DNA of 64,000 nt from Chlamydiota bacterium (GTDB taxonomy: Bacteria; Chlamydiota; Chlamydiia; Chlamydiales; RGXB01), in contig VGMG01000001.1 in the NCBI GenBank assembly GCA_016866495.1, forward strand, positions 2,550-66,549, given 5' to 3'. The first letter of the stretch is position 1. Every line of letters starts with the position of its first letter. Of this stretch, positions 62,444 to 64,000 are shown piece by piece. The notes beneath the pieces are model-generated. The model had not been told where the DNA came from. It saw only the letters and a program-made list of their open reading frames with translations, and did not search any database. The translations under genes were made by a program, and so were the position numbers.

Positions 62444-63277
62444 ATGATCAAAGAAATTTTTTTTAAAGTTGGCGAAGAGGAGGTGGAGTGCTTCACCGAT
62501 ACCCTTATGGAGATGGGGGCTCTAAGCGTTTCGGTTGAATGTATTGAAGGAGCTGAGATTATCAAAGATGAAGAAAGTTTCACCAAAGAATACTGGGAAC
62601 TCAATAAAGTCGCAGCCCTTATTCATTCCGAAGACGAGGCGATCTTTCAAGCTTTAAATCCTTTTGATATCCAACAGGTTTTAGACAAGGACTGGGTTCT
62701 TGAAATGCAAAAAAATACCCCGGTACAAGTCATAGCTGATTCTTTATGGATAGTGCCCAGTTGGCATAAAATCCCTAAAGAGGCTAAAACGGTACTTCTT
62801 TTAGATCCAAAAAATGCCTTCGGTACCGGAGATCATCCGACCACCCACCTTTGTTTAGAATGGCTTGTAAAGAATTCTTTAGAGGGAAAAAGGGTAATAG
62901 ACTACGGCTGCGGTTCGGGAATTCTGATGATAGCGGCTAAAAAATTGGGTGCAAAAGAGGTGCAAGGTTATGATATCGATCCGTCGGCTATGAAAGTCGC
63001 CCGCCAAAATTGTGAGGAGAATGGGGTTTTTGACCCGATTGATCTCGATACAGAGGCTGCAGATCTTGTTTTGGCAAATATCCACTTAGGCCCCTTATTG
63101 CATCTTGTTGATACCCTTTATCAGCTTTGTAAACCAAAAAAAACTCTTGTCTTGAGTGGCATACTGCCATTTCAGCTTACGGATCTATTGTCTAGCTATC
63201 TCCCTTATTTTGAATTAGTAAGCGTCGATACTCACAAAGGGTGGATGCGTGTTGTCTTACTAAAAAAAGTTCTATAG
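62444..63277 (+). CDS. prmA: Ribosomal protein L11 methyltransferase
   Basis: DPKNAFGTGDHPTTHLCLEWL and SAM motif VIDYGCGSGIL are the canonical PrmA signatures. Confidence 0.9.
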   Translation: MIKEIFFKVGEEEVECFTDTLMEMGALSVSVECIEGAEIIKDEESFTKEYWELNKVAALIHSEDEAIFQALNPFDIQQVLDKDWVLEMQKNTPVQVIADSLWIVPSWHKIPKEAKTVLLLDPKNAFGTGDHPTTHLCLEWLVKNSLEGKRVIDYGCGSGILMIAAKKLGAKEVQGYDIDPSAMKVARQNCEENGVFDPIDLDTEAADLVLANIHLGPLLHLVDTLYQLCKPKKTLVLSGILPFQLTDLLSSYLPYFELVSVDTHKGWMRVVLLKKVL

Positions 63278-63351
63278 AGGGGGATTTCCCCGCTATCATC
63301 ATTTTTTTTGTCTTATTTTTTACAAATTAATGTTATAATTACGTGGTTGTT

Positions 63352-64000
63352 ATGGTCCAAGATACAATGATTTCAATATCCCCAAAAAAGGGGGGGGTAA
63401 ATGCCCTTCTTTCTAATATATCCTTAGAGGGCGACAATCTTGGGATTGTTCGCCTCAAAGAGGGGCGAGAAAAAACCTTGAAATTGGGTCATCCCTGGAT
63501 TTTTTCAAAGGCAATCGAGAGTTTTTCAGGGCAAAATGGCCATCTGGCCAGGGTCTATTCTCACAAAGGGGAGTTTCTTGGGTTAGGATATGTGAATACC
63601 CATTCTGAAATCCGTTTGAGGATGTTGGGTTTTATGGAAATAGAACCTAAGGGGCTGCTGTTTCGCCTTCTCTCAAAAAGCTTAGAAAAAAGAAAAAATT
63701 TAATTATAGAGTCGAATGCTTATAGGCTTGTCAACGGGGAAAATGATGGATTAAGTGGTCTAATTGTCGATGTATACCAAGACATCATCGTTCTGCAAAT
63801 TGGCACTTATGGAATCGATTTACTCAAAAATGAAATCGTCGACGCGTTGAATGTTTTATTAAAACCCAAGGCAATCTACGAAAAATCAACCTCCTTATCG
63901 AGGCGCCAAGAAAAGCTCTTACCCCAATCGGGATGGCTTTCGTCAAATCCGTTTGATCAACCGGTAGAAATTTTTGAAAAAGATGTCCGCTTTTTGGTCG
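63352..64000 (+). CDS. RlmI-like 23S rRNA m5C methyltransferase (PUA domain N-terminus), 5' part; runs off the right edge
   Basis: My own translation gives MVQDTMISISPKKGGVNALLSNISLEGDNLGIVRLKEGREKTLKLGHPWIFSKAIESFSG...YRLVNGENDGLSGLIVDVYQDIIVLQ. The LKxGREKxLxxxHPWIF and GDGLPGLxVDxY patterns are typical of RlmI/RlmK. The start (63352 or 63367) is uncertain. Confidence 0.75.
   Translation, partial: MVQDTMISISPKKGGVNALLSNISLEGDNLGIVRLKEGREKTLKLGHPWIFSKAIESFSGQNGHLARVYSHKGEFLGLGYVNTHSEIRLRMLGFMEIEPKGLLFRLLSKSLEKRKNLIIESNAYRLVNGENDGLSGLIVDVYQDIIVLQIGTYGIDLLKNEIVDALNVLLKPKAIYEKSTSLSRRQEKLLPQSGWLSSNPFDQPVEIFEKDVRFLV

Overview
This is a gene-dense chromosomal segment with about 60 protein genes, 2 tRNAs, and no rRNA, CRISPR array, transposase or integrase. 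It looks like an environmental member of the Chlamydiae (Parachlamydia/Simkania-like), judged from gene content and from synteny recalled from memory: divergent glgX and a CesT-type T3SS chaperone, yidC-dnaA, divergent rnhC and rodZ, a Pkn1-type kinase-FGE fusion, and an Inc-like protein. The core content is: dnaA/yidC; glgX; a complete, tightly overlapping classical menaquinone operon (menG-menF-menD-menH-menB-menA-menC/menE fusion) with a convergent hotdog thioesterase; SulP; typA; dciA-gyrB-gyrA-tmk-holB-nusB-murB-PHP-folC; a degenerate ThrRS-like gene followed by infC-rpmI-rplT-pheS; yyaL-pkn1-ispH; an APC-Usp permease; oppBCDF; prmA; and the start of an rlmI-like gene. The accessory genes are the most interesting part. 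They include a 799-aa orphan whose C-terminus resembles a divergent NEL (IpaH/SspH-type) E3 ubiquitin ligase domain, an F-box plus DUF4116-like protein carrying a G9 tract, an Inc-like coiled-coil protein with three 35-aa repeats, and an orphan two-gene operon. Both tRNA genes sit next to these accessory genes. All functional calls rest on motif recognition by eye, with no database search run. Several start codons are uncertain.
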